From NCBI GenBank assembly GCA_965233585.1, contig CBDDTI010000348.1, forward strand, positions 1 to 11,273: 11,273 nucleotides of DNA, in the 5' to 3' direction. Position numbers and translations under genes: made by a program. Shown in pieces: positions 10,681 through 11,273 of the stretch. Numbering within the stretch: the first letter of the stretch is position 1; the number at the start of each line of letters is the position of its first letter. This DNA is from a bacterium (GTDB lineage Bacteria; SAR324; NAC60-12). A model generated the notes under the pieces. That model made no database searches. It saw only the letters and a list, made by a program, of their open reading frames with translations, and was not told the DNA's origin.

Positions 10681-11273
10681 TCAGTGGAAAATGGCTATAG
10701 CTCACCATCGAGCACGGACACCCCAACTTTTTCCAGTCATTGTAATCAACTTATCATAAACTTAGCTTGAGGAAAGACTAATGTGATTTCCATTGCTGAA
10801 AATTGAATAAACAAGGAAAATAGCACATGCTTATCTCTCGATTCTACTAAGAGGCTATTTAAGAAATACATTAAAAAGAACCTTGAATGACACAAATAAA
10901 AACTAATAAAGGAATTTTGATCGTTTTAGAGTCTTCATTGGAGAATCAGATTTTCACCAGTTGACAAATGGGTAAACCAACGTCCACATAAACAAAAACA
11001 TAGCTACTTCCCGTGGAGATTGTTTTTGGGAAAGGAAAAAAGTATCAATTTCAATAGCAATACAACAAAATAATAGGTTTTTAAACCGCGCATTAAAATT
11101 TATTCCATTGACAAATCCCGGAGAGAAGTCAAACAGAAGCTAACAATTTTCAATTTAACCTGCGGGCGTGTAAAGTCTGTTAATGATGAAATTGAAACCT
11201 TACTGAGATAAAATCAGGATCAAGGCAAACAGACGGATCTAAAAAGCATGTTCGAGTATGGAATAGATAGCGG

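Overview
AT-rich eukaryotic DNA that is almost entirely interspersed and nested repeats. The repeat types resemble those of cnidarian, probably stony-coral, genomes; this is inferred from recognition, not a database search. No intact host gene is visible. From left to right: (1) a truncated Crypton-type tyrosine-recombinase ORF (396-809, minus) preceded by a 167-bp imperfect palindrome with mismatched CTCG/CGAG motifs; (2) a very young 804-bp insertion (2192-2995) flanked by a 13-bp direct repeat, made of 252-bp units that each carry a tRNA-Thr(GGT)-like cloverleaf, with an inverted left arm joined to tandem right copies; (3) a 5'-truncated Meta-domain-like SINE; (4) a Harbinger-like MITE that runs into a frameshifted CCHC zinc-knuckle/coiled-coil ORF; (5) a TTAA-flanked Kolobok-like MITE; (6) a three-level nest of hairpin-capped elements; (7) a possible decayed minus-strand gene; (8) a ~1.05-kb tandem duplication containing another MITE, cut off by a second Kolobok-like element. 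All family calls come from manual motif reading and need HMM/Dfam confirmation.
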